Source of the DNA: an uncultured Smithella sp.
Lineage (GTDB): Bacteria > Desulfobacterota > Syntrophia > Syntrophales > Smithellaceae
DNA: 64,000 nt
Direction: 5' to 3'
Assembly: GCA_964608995.1 (NCBI GenBank)
Contig: CAZSQS010000007.1
Span: 7,843 to 71,842, forward strand
Shown here: piece by piece, positions 57,182 through 64,000 of the stretch
How the letters are laid out: each line of letters begins with the position of its first letter
How positions within the stretch are numbered: the first letter of the stretch is position 1
Notes under the pieces: model-generated
Database searches by the model: none
Told to the model about the DNA's origin: nothing
Seen by the model: only the letters and a program-made list of their open reading frames with translations
Position numbers and translations under genes: made by a program

Positions 57182-58630
57182 TTACTTTTTCCGGGGCTCA
57201 AACTGATTTTTGGCCATCCAGAAAGACGGCAGGTGGCGGATTAAATACAAAAGACTCCTGCGATGTTCCCAGAGGCGACCGCGAAAGCGCCTGCGCCAGC
57301 CCCAATCCGAATAGAAGCGTTTGACGTATTCGTTATAGAGCTGATCGAGCCGTTCCTTCGAGGCAATCCCTTTCGGGACAAACACAAAATTCAGACAGTT
57401 CATTTGACGCCAGTCTTCCTCAAACGTTCCTTCCTCGCGGATGGTTGACCAAAGCGGCGCGCCGGGAAAGGGCGTGAACTTGGCCATATTCATGTCGTCG
57501 AGCCCCAGGGAAATAATAAAATCGGACGTGCGTTTGACCGACTGCTCCGTTTCACCCGGAAGCCCCATCATGAAAAGCCCCTTGGCGCGAAGTCCCGCCG
57601 CCTGAATGCGCCTTACCGTGTCGCACACCTCGTCGAGCGATACACCGGACTTATGGCGCTGCAGCATCTCCGGATCGGCCGATTCAATGCCCAGCGACAC
57701 CATCAGGCAGCCCGCGTCCTTGAGCATGCGCAGAAGCTCATCGTCCGTATAGCCCACGCGCACGGCGCAGTTGAAATGCATCCCCAGAGGCGCTCGCGAA
57801 AGCTTTTCGTACAGATCGACAATACGCCTTCGATTGGCGGTGAAAAGGTCGTCGTAAATATTCACATGCCGCGCGCCGAAGCGATCACGCAGATATTTCA
57901 TGTGCTCGTAAATGTAATCAGCGGAGTTGTAGCGGAACCCTTTTTGAAAAACGGAGCGGTCACAGTAGGAGCAGGCATACATGCAGCCGCGCGACGTAAT
58001 CATCGTGGCGCCCGGCGTCTGAATGTAGCTGAAAAGCGGCAGATGATAGTCGCGCGGGAACCCGCGCAGCAATTCATAGGCGGGAAAAGGCAGATCATCA
58101 AGATTGGTGATATGCCGGCGCGGCGCATTGGCCACGGCGCCGCCCGGTTCGCGCCGGATCAGGCCGGGGATGCCGGCCGGGTCGTCGCCTGCGGCCAGTT
58201 CACTCATCGTCTGCTCCCCCTCACCTGCCACCATAAAATTGAAGGCGGGATACGCCTCGAGCAGTTTTTCGCGAAGCGCCGATACATGAACGCCGCCGCA
58301 GACCGTCACAATGCCGCGACGGCTTTTTTTGATCATCTGTGCAAGCTCGGCCGCATCGGGAAAGGACGACGTGGTGGTGGAAAAGCCGACAATGTCCGGG
58401 GAAAAAGCCAGAATATCGGACGCCTGTTTTTTCAGATCAACCGGCGCACCGGGCCCCAGACAGTCATAGACAAAGACATCATGTCCGTCGCGCCCAAGCC
58501 ATGCGGCGATGGAGAGCATCCCCTGCGGCACCATGCGGTTGGCGATGTCGGTCAGATCACGCTTTCCCGGAAACCAGTTGGAACCGCGCGGATGAACCAG
58601 CACGATACGTTTTTTTGGTGAAGCGCTCAT
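57182..58630 (-). CDS. B12-binding-domain radical SAM enzyme
   Basis: N-terminal cobalamin-binding-like Rossmann region (RIVLVHPRG...), then TSRGCMYACSYCDRSVF (CxxxCxxC). It starts 12 nt downstream of the KS-like gene on the same strand. Confidence 0.8.
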   Translation of the reverse strand: MSASPKKRIVLVHPRGSNWFPGKRDLTDIANRMVPQGMLSIAAWLGRDGHDVFVYDCLGPGAPVDLKKQASDILAFSPDIVGFSTTTSSFPDAAELAQMIKKSRRGIVTVCGGVHVSALREKLLEAYPAFNFMVAGEGEQTMSELAAGDDPAGIPGLIRREPGGAVANAPRRHITNLDDLPFPAYELLRGFPRDYHLPLFSYIQTPGATMITSRGCMYACSYCDRSVFQKGFRYNSADYIYEHMKYLRDRFGARHVNIYDDLFTANRRRIVDLYEKLSRAPLGMHFNCAVRVGYTDDELLRMLKDAGCLMVSLGIESADPEMLQRHKSGVSLDEVCDTVRRIQAAGLRAKGLFMMGLPGETEQSVKRTSDFIISLGLDDMNMAKFTPFPGAPLWSTIREEGTFEEDWRQMNCLNFVFVPKGIASKERLDQLYNEYVKRFYSDWGWRRRFRGRLWEHRRSLLYLIRHLPSFWMAKNQFEPRKK

Positions 58631-58642
58631 GAGGGGGCTTTC

Positions 58643-59605
58643 TTAAGTTGAAGCCGCCACAATGATGGCGGGCTTTCCTGAATCCGAACAATTGTAGTGC
58701 ATCAACACGGAAGCTTGATTGTGACGCATGGCGTAGGCCAGACCGAAGGCGGACGCGGTTGGGTAAATCCCGCAGTGACGCAGATAATCCTGCGTTTGCA
58801 TCCCCTCAGGCGCATCGGGGTTTTTCAAGCGAAACCCCGGTAGCCAGATGCGTTCTTTTGCGCCGGAAGCGCTTGAACACAGAGACGCAAATTCATCGCT
58901 TTTCGCATACTGCCGGGGCGTCATTTTTTCGGAATTCATCCTGACCGTCAGGAGATTCCCGATTTCGTTTCCCCCCTCTGAACCCAGCAAAAGCCAGGAG
59001 CTGCCCTCCCCAATGGGCAAAGCGCGGGAATTATCTGAAAGCGCGTTCATTCGCTGGCGGTATTCTTCGACTGTCGGCGTATAGACATCGCAACCGCCCA
59101 CCAGCGCATAATCCAGCTCGCCGCTTTCAAGGTAGCTTTGCGCAAGCCACAGTGCGGATTCAAACGAGAGTTCCTCATCAGACAAGGTGAGAATGATGCC
59201 CCGGATCCCGCATGAACGCGCCAGGAAAAAAGCGGCCGCATTACTGACAGAGTTGGCAAATTGATTCGGGCTGGGAAATCCTCCGTCATGCTTGAAGACC
59301 TGTGTGACAAACGGCAGGATCTCATCGCCATTGCCCAGCCCCGTCGCCAGAAATATTCCTGTTTTTTTACCGTCAAGCCTTCCGGGCTCAACCTGGTTGA
59401 GGCAAGCGATGGCGCCCGCACAGACCATTTTGATGAAACGCCCGGCCCGCCGCATCGGCTGCCCCATCACCTTTTGCACCAGCGGATCGCAATTAAGCGG
59501 CAGAAGCGCCTCTTCCCAGGGCGAATCTTCATTGGGCGAAAGCGAAGGCCCCAGATAACTGGCTGCGACAACGGCTATGGGTGCGGTATGTTGTTTTTCT
59601 TGCAT
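58643..59605 (-). CDS. Beta-ketoacyl synthase-like partner protein lacking the catalytic Cys (chain-length-factor-like)
   Basis: Thiolase-fold-like sequence. By eye, LTLSDEELSFESAL aligns with FTLSMACVSSSHAL of the adjacent KS, which places Glu where the active Cys sits. Start is taken at ATG 59605. The track N-terminal MDSRLRGNDRNN comes from the REP hairpin. Confidence 0.6.
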   Translation of the reverse strand: MQEKQHTAPIAVVAASYLGPSLSPNEDSPWEEALLPLNCDPLVQKVMGQPMRRAGRFIKMVCAGAIACLNQVEPGRLDGKKTGIFLATGLGNGDEILPFVTQVFKHDGGFPSPNQFANSVSNAAAFFLARSCGIRGIILTLSDEELSFESALWLAQSYLESGELDYALVGGCDVYTPTVEEYRQRMNALSDNSRALPIGEGSSWLLLGSEGGNEIGNLLTVRMNSEKMTPRQYAKSDEFASLCSSASGAKERIWLPGFRLKNPDAPEGMQTQDYLRHCGIYPTASAFGLAYAMRHNQASVLMHYNCSDSGKPAIIVAAST

Positions 59606-59614
59606 ATTATTTCT

Positions 59615-59641
59615 GTCATTCCCGCGCAGGCGGGAATCCAC
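59615..59641. repeat. Second copy of the REP-like hairpin (ATTCCCGC-GCAG-GCGGGAAT) between the two KS genes
   Basis: GTCATTCCCGCGCAGGCGGGAATCCAC has the same 8-bp stem as at 19919-19938. Confidence 0.7.
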
Positions 59642-59655
59642 TTTCTCATCAAATC

Positions 59656-60825
59656 CTACAACTTTTCAATCACGTAGCTTGTACAGGTTGCGCCGAATCC
59701 GAAAAAGTTAAAAAGATACGCCCCGCGCGGCGCGGGCAGGTTTTGCTGCGACGGTGCAAATCCAATGTCCGGATCCATCTCGGAAAAGCCGAAAGTAACC
59801 GGCAGCGTGCCTTCCTCCAGACAGGACAGCCACAGCGCCGTCTCCACCGCGCCCGCCGCGCCCAGGCCATGGCCGATTGCGCCCTTGAGCGAAATCACCG
59901 GTGGCAACGAATCGCCAAACACTTTCAAAAGCCCCCGCCCCTCGGACAGATCATTGTCGCGCGTGCCGGTGCCGTGCGCCTTGACCACCACAATCTGCTC
60001 TGGGCGGATCTCAGCACGCGTCAACGCCTCGTCCACCACCGTCCGGACCGTTTCGCCGTCCGTGCCGGCGGAGGTCAGGGAAGAGTTGTCGTTAAAAAGA
60101 TACCCGCCCCTGAATACGTAGCGGTTAGAGGCCGCCGTTTTCCCACCGCCCGCCTCCAGAACCAGACATGACGCGCCTTCGCCAATCTGCATGCCGCTTC
60201 GCCTATTGCAAAACGGGCGGCAGCGCTCTGCGTCATACAGCAGAAGACTGGCAAAGCCGTGCAGCGTCATATTCAAAAGCGGCTCAAAGCCGATGACTAT
60301 GGCCCGTCGAATTTTCCTGTGCTTTAAAAGGTCCGTCGCCATGACCAGCGCATGCGAGCTGGAAACACAAGCCATGCTCAGGGTAAAGCTCATACCGCCG
60401 ATGCCGTGTTTCTCGGCAATCAGCTGCGTGACTTCACCGGGCCCCCGGTTGCGGCAGGAGATGGGCGGGGATTCCCGATCGGGATGAAGCCGCACGGATT
60501 CGGTGAATTCAAATTCGTTGCGGATGAACAGGCCGCCGGTGGTGCCGACTAAAAGGCAGCTTTCGGCGATTTCATCGGGCGAGAGCTGGGCCTGGGCAAA
60601 TGCCTCTGCAATCGACGAATCGAGCATGGCCAGCGATTTTTCCAGGGGGTTGCCGTCATAGGCCACTTCAAAGGCGTTAAATTCGCCTTTCGTTAAATGC
60701 GACGAGGCACAGGGTCCAGCGGGTTTCATGCGTCCGGCAATCAGATTGCGCGCAGATTCAGATGCGCTCCACCCCAGCGTGGTGACGGCGCCCCAGCCAC
60801 GGATATGGATATCGTCCGATCTCAC
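59656..60825 (-). CDS. Beta-ketoacyl-ACP synthase (KAS I/II-like)
   Basis: Active-site context LSMACVSS, and His motifs KAHGTGT and IGHGLGAAG. The GTG start overlaps the ACP stop (GTGA). Confidence 0.85.
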   Translation of the reverse strand: MRSDDIHIRGWGAVTTLGWSASESARNLIAGRMKPAGPCASSHLTKGEFNAFEVAYDGNPLEKSLAMLDSSIAEAFAQAQLSPDEIAESCLLVGTTGGLFIRNEFEFTESVRLHPDRESPPISCRNRGPGEVTQLIAEKHGIGGMSFTLSMACVSSSHALVMATDLLKHRKIRRAIVIGFEPLLNMTLHGFASLLLYDAERCRPFCNRRSGMQIGEGASCLVLEAGGGKTAASNRYVFRGGYLFNDNSSLTSAGTDGETVRTVVDEALTRAEIRPEQIVVVKAHGTGTRDNDLSEGRGLLKVFGDSLPPVISLKGAIGHGLGAAGAVETALWLSCLEEGTLPVTFGFSEMDPDIGFAPSQQNLPAPRGAYLFNFFGFGATCTSYVIEKL

Positions 60826-61133
60826 TTTTTAACCTTCGGCGCAGCAATGACAAAATCCGCCAGGGAGTCAAACGACTGCATCGCCTGCGCCGCCGTGGAG
60901 GCGTTTTTCAGCTCGACGCCGAAAGTATAGCGAAGCTCCATGGCAATTTCCATCGCATCGAGCGAATCGAGCTTGAGCGGCCCGGACCCCCCGATAAAGG
61001 GAACATCCGTGGGCACATCCTCCGCTTTCACGTCCTGGACATCGCAGGCCCGGATGACCAGTTCCTTCAATTTGAAAATCAAATCCTCACGCGAGGACAC
61101 ATTTAATTCCGAATATGCCTTCTCTAAATCCAT
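60822..61133 (-). CDS. Acyl carrier protein
   Basis: GGAAGGAGAG precedes ATG 61133. The phosphopantetheine attachment motif is LDSLDAMEIAMEL. 103 aa. It overlaps the ABC-2 permease 3' end by 10 nt. Confidence 0.8.
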   Translation of the reverse strand: MDLEKAYSELNVSSREDLIFKLKELVIRACDVQDVKAEDVPTDVPFIGGSGPLKLDSLDAMEIAMELRYTFGVELKNASTAAQAMQSFDSLADFVIAAPKVKK

Positions 61134-62242
61134 TGAACTCTCCTTCCGGCGACATAAAAGCAGATTCCCGCGAATCCTGTCAATATAATTAATTTGGGCG
61201 CGATGGCGGCAAGCGACGCGTCGCGCAAAAAGATATCCAGATAGGCCTGATGCGCCCAATACATGGGTGAAATCATAGCCGCCTTCTTCATCACGAGCGG
61301 CATGACCGCATGCGGAAACATAATCCCGCCGAAAACACCCATCAGCACCGCCCCCGTGGCCGCAAGCGTTGTCGCCTGTTCCTGCGTCCGTCCCAGCGCC
61401 GCGACCATGACGCCAAACCCGGTTGTAGCGGCTGCCACAACAAGCGTTACCGGAATTAAATGCCAGGGGTGTCCCCCCAGATGAAAGGCATGGATGACAA
61501 AGCGGGACATGACAAAAACCCCCATGAGCATCATTAAAACAAACTGAATAATATTAATGAGATAATAAGGAAATATCTTTCCCAGGGTCAGCAGAGCGGG
61601 GCTGATCGGATATGTTTTAAGACGCTGGAGCGTGCCATCGTTTTTTTCTCTCAAAAATCCAATGGACATGGGAATCGCAATAAAAAACATCGCGAAAATG
61701 GCATAGGCCGGCACCGAATGCTGAAGCGGTGTCGGCAAATCACGGTTGGCCCTGGTTTTTTCAACAATGAGCGTCGCGATAACCGCATCGAGGTTCTCAA
61801 GGCCCATGACGACCTCCACGGTCGCCGTGGTAATCAGCGATCGCGCCGCCATCTTATAGCCCGCGTCAATCGACGGCTCGAAATAAAGCGCCACGGGACG
61901 CTCCCCTTCTTCAAACCCCTTGGGAATCGTGACGATAAGCTGCGTCTTGCCGTCTTCGAGCATCCGCTCGTCGCTGATGGCCGCAGGCTGTGAGACGACT
62001 TCAATCATTGGATGGGACTTGATTTTTTCTTCGAGGAGGTTCGCCTTGTAAGAGAGGCTTTCGTTTTTCACCGCCACCCGGATCTTGCGCCCGGTCAGCT
62101 TGTCCGTCCAGACCCCCTCCATAGCCAGCGACAAAAAGAAGATGAGCGCCACCGGCATCAAAAACAAAAGCAGAATCGTCTGCCGATCGCGAAGCAGAAT
62201 CAGCATTTCCTTGCGGATCATTTCCTTGAATTGTCGAAGCAT
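61124..62242 (-). CDS. ABC-2-type transporter permease
   Basis: N-terminal KEMLILLRDRQTILLLFLMPV, a large extracytoplasmic loop, then five further TM helices typical of ABC-2 permeases. No ATPase gene is adjacent. Confidence 0.7.
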   Translation of the reverse strand: MLRQFKEMIRKEMLILLRDRQTILLLFLMPVALIFFLSLAMEGVWTDKLTGRKIRVAVKNESLSYKANLLEEKIKSHPMIEVVSQPAAISDERMLEDGKTQLIVTIPKGFEEGERPVALYFEPSIDAGYKMAARSLITTATVEVVMGLENLDAVIATLIVEKTRANRDLPTPLQHSVPAYAIFAMFFIAIPMSIGFLREKNDGTLQRLKTYPISPALLTLGKIFPYYLINIIQFVLMMLMGVFVMSRFVIHAFHLGGHPWHLIPVTLVVAAATTGFGVMVAALGRTQEQATTLAATGAVLMGVFGGIMFPHAVMPLVMKKAAMISPMYWAHQAYLDIFLRDASLAAIAPKLIILTGFAGICFYVAGRRVQWI

Positions 62243-62444
62243 TTCGTTACATCCACACTGAACCAGATTGAGTATCGTTGTCCGGGCTTGAGCCCCATTA
62301 TCATAAATCTCTTGCCTAAAGCTAGTCCTTTGCGCCTTCCCCCGAAAAGACACCGGGACTTGGGACTATCCCCGATGTAAATACAATGACAAGACCGTGT
62401 ACAACGCGCATATTTACTTGATTTTATGTCACTACTTCACTAAG

Positions 62445-62476
62445 GGATCAAAAAGGAGAATTGCAATTGTTGATCC
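62445..62476 (+). promoter_or_regulatory. Nested inverted repeat upstream of / overlapping the START-domain gene start (operator candidate)
   Basis: GGATCAA aaaggag AATTGCAATT g TTGATCC. The outer arms are 7 bp and the inner perfect palindrome is 10 bp. Confidence 0.35.
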
Positions 62477-63207
62477 AAAGAAAACATCTCGCAGATGCGC
62501 CGACCCGAAGGCCGTCAATACGGCGATGGATAATGCTGTCCGGATTGGGACTGATCGCGTTGCTTGTTTGTATGCGGGGGTCATGGACATGGGCTGCGAC
62601 CGAACCGCAATGGAAGTTCCTTTATTCCCAAGACGGCATCGAAGTCTTTGCCGGCGCAGGCACTTTACTGCCCACATTCAAGGCGGAGGCTGTTATCCCG
62701 GTCAACATTGTGGATTTGCTGGCGGTGATTTCCGATGTGTCCCGCCGTAAAGAATGGCTGCCGGACGTTACCTTGAGCCGCATTTTGGAAGGAGACATCG
62801 AATCTCGCGTTGTGATTTATGAACGGATCAACATGCCCTGGCCCGTCAAAAACCGGGACTGCGTCGTGGAGTCCGTGATTACGAAAGATTTTGATCGCGG
62901 CGAAGTGGTGGTGACATATAAACAAGTCACACACAAGGAAGTGCCCCCTGATCCCGGCTATGTGCGCATACCGGTAGTCGAAGGACAGATGCGCTATCGC
63001 TTTATCGATGACGGTCACACTGCGGCATTTTATGTGACAACCCTCGATTTTGGCGGGATCCTTCCCCAGTGGGTGGCGTCACTTGGGATTGAAAGAGTGC
63101 CCGCTTATTCACTCCAGGCCATTGTCAAGCAGGTCGAGCGCACCCGGGGCCAGTATAAAGCGTTTGTAGAAAAACAGCGGGCCAGGTTGAACTTCAAATT
63201 CAAATAA
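62467..63207 (+). CDS. Secreted START/SRPBCC lipid-binding domain protein
   Basis: START-like core (WKFLYSQDGIEVFA...RKEWLPDV...NRDCVV...). Signal peptide IMLSGLGLIALLVCMRGSWTWA. The start is ambiguous: TTG 62467 lies 8 nt after AGGAG, and ATG 62533 is the first ATG. Confidence 0.65.
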   Translation: MLIQRKHLADAPTRRPSIRRWIMLSGLGLIALLVCMRGSWTWAATEPQWKFLYSQDGIEVFAGAGTLLPTFKAEAVIPVNIVDLLAVISDVSRRKEWLPDVTLSRILEGDIESRVVIYERINMPWPVKNRDCVVESVITKDFDRGEVVVTYKQVTHKEVPPDPGYVRIPVVEGQMRYRFIDDGHTAAFYVTTLDFGGILPQWVASLGIERVPAYSLQAIVKQVERTRGQYKAFVEKQRARLNFKFK

Positions 63208-63241
63208 AAAAGAAGTAAAAGCGTTCGGGCTCCATGGAATC

Positions 63242-64000
63242 TTATGCCGACGGCAGATGAGTCAGGGCAACATCCAGAAGCGCCTGATGATCGATCTTGC
63301 CGAGTAGATTTCGCGGCAGCTCCGAAACGATTTCAAAACGCTTGGGAACCTTAAAGCGCTCCACCCTTTCTTGCAGCCAGTGGCGAATATCCGCAGGCGT
63401 CAATGTGTGCCCCGACCGGACGATAATGCAGGCATGCATGCGCTGTCCGAACTCGGCATCCGGCAGCACGACGATGGCAGCCTCTTCAATGAAGGGATGT
63501 TCTCGTAAAACACCTTCAACCTCCCGTGGATAAATATTCTCTCCTCCGGAGATCAACATGTCGTCGGAGCGGCCACAGACGAACAGATGCCGTTTGTCAT
63601 CCCATTGCCCGAGATCTCCGGTATCCAACCATCCATCGGCATCGGCCTTGAGCACCAATGGACCACGAACAAGGATTCTTCCGACCAGTTGCGCCGGCCG
63701 GCCTTCAAAATCCACGAGGCGCACCTCATTGCCCGGCAGCGGCCGCCCCACGGTTCCCGGCGCTTGGGACAGCATCTCCGGCAAAGCGACGGAGACAATC
63801 CCGGCTTCGCTGGAACCGTAAAGGTTGTACAAAATGGGTCCCAAAAGGGCCATCAGGCGCTGGCAAAGTTGCGGAGTAAGGGGCGCGCTGCCGGTGATAA
63901 CGGCGGAAACACGGTCAAAGCCCTCTCCTGAATTCGCCCAGCGCTGCAGTAATGTGGGAACAGAGACCACAATGGGCTTTTCAGGCATCGTAGCCCTTTG
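63242..64000 (-). CDS. AMP-dependent synthetase/ligase (acyl-adenylating enzyme), N-terminal part outside window
   Basis: The frame stays open to the window edge. ANL-family C-terminal motifs are YGSSEAG, WLDTGDLG, RSDDMLISGGENIYPREVE and the final LGKIDHQAL. Confidence 0.8.
   Translation of the reverse strand, partial: QRATMPEKPIVVSVPTLLQRWANSGEGFDRVSAVITGSAPLTPQLCQRLMALLGPILYNLYGSSEAGIVSVALPEMLSQAPGTVGRPLPGNEVRLVDFEGRPAQLVGRILVRGPLVLKADADGWLDTGDLGQWDDKRHLFVCGRSDDMLISGGENIYPREVEGVLREHPFIEEAAIVVLPDAEFGQRMHACIIVRSGHTLTPADIRHWLQERVERFKVPKRFEIVSELPRNLLGKIDHQALLDVALTHLPSA

Noticed and set aside
59606-59641. An N-terminal extension MDSRLRGNDRNN on the KS-like ORF.
   Set aside because: It is encoded by the REP-like hairpin and starts at a GTG. 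This peptide string is a known artefact of translating that repeat. I used ATG 59605 instead, though its RBS is weak, so the true start remains uncertain.

Overview
This is a 64-kb chromosomal segment of a Gram-negative bacterium. Gene content and repeat type suggest a Desulfobacterota/deltaproteobacterial-type genome, but that is inference only. All calls come from reading the ORF translations and the DNA by eye, with no database search. I support about 55 protein genes and one tRNA-Arg(CCG). I saw no rRNA, CRISPR array, transposase or integrase.

Most of the window is core or ordinary:
- Envelope remodelling: MltA, MltB, an AmiC-like amidase with AMIN and LysM domains, Lnt, and an ExeA/GspB-like pair.
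- Translation and transcription: rplU-rpmA-obg-proB, and rho-rpmE-prfA.
- Signalling: two tandem MCPs, a cyclase-FHA protein, DUF4388 fusions to cNMP-binding and PilZ domains, and a PAS sensor with a 4-Cys tail.
- Proteases: YpfJ-like, LemA plus M48, and an S2P protease with CBS domains.

The stand-out is a 6.7-kb same-strand block at 13128-19821. It holds five secreted hydrolases/lyases: a beta-lactamase-fold serine hydrolase, a pectate-lyase-like beta-helix protein, a PL3-type pectate lyase, a GH43 with a ricin-type trefoil, and a GH43 arabinanase-like enzyme. All five carry the same unusual terminal tail, in which Trp triplets cap and punctuate long polyserine runs (WWW-Sn-GS[ST]-WW[WF]-Sn). 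In four proteins the tail sits directly after the signal-peptide cleavage site. In the fifth it sits at the extreme C terminus. At DNA level the tail behaves like a shuffled and duplicated cassette. Two of the genes are preceded by near-consensus sigma-54-type -24/-12 boxes, each with an inverted repeat exactly 100 nt upstream.

Secondary points of interest:
- An orphan DUF4157 protein with two HExxH motifs, next to the tRNA.
- A type-II FAS/PKS-like lipid cluster at the right edge: B12-radical SAM, KS, a Cys-less KS partner, ACP, ABC-2 permease, a secreted START protein and an AMP-ligase. It is truncated by the window.
- An ORF translationally coupled to lnt.
- Two copies of a REP-like hairpin.
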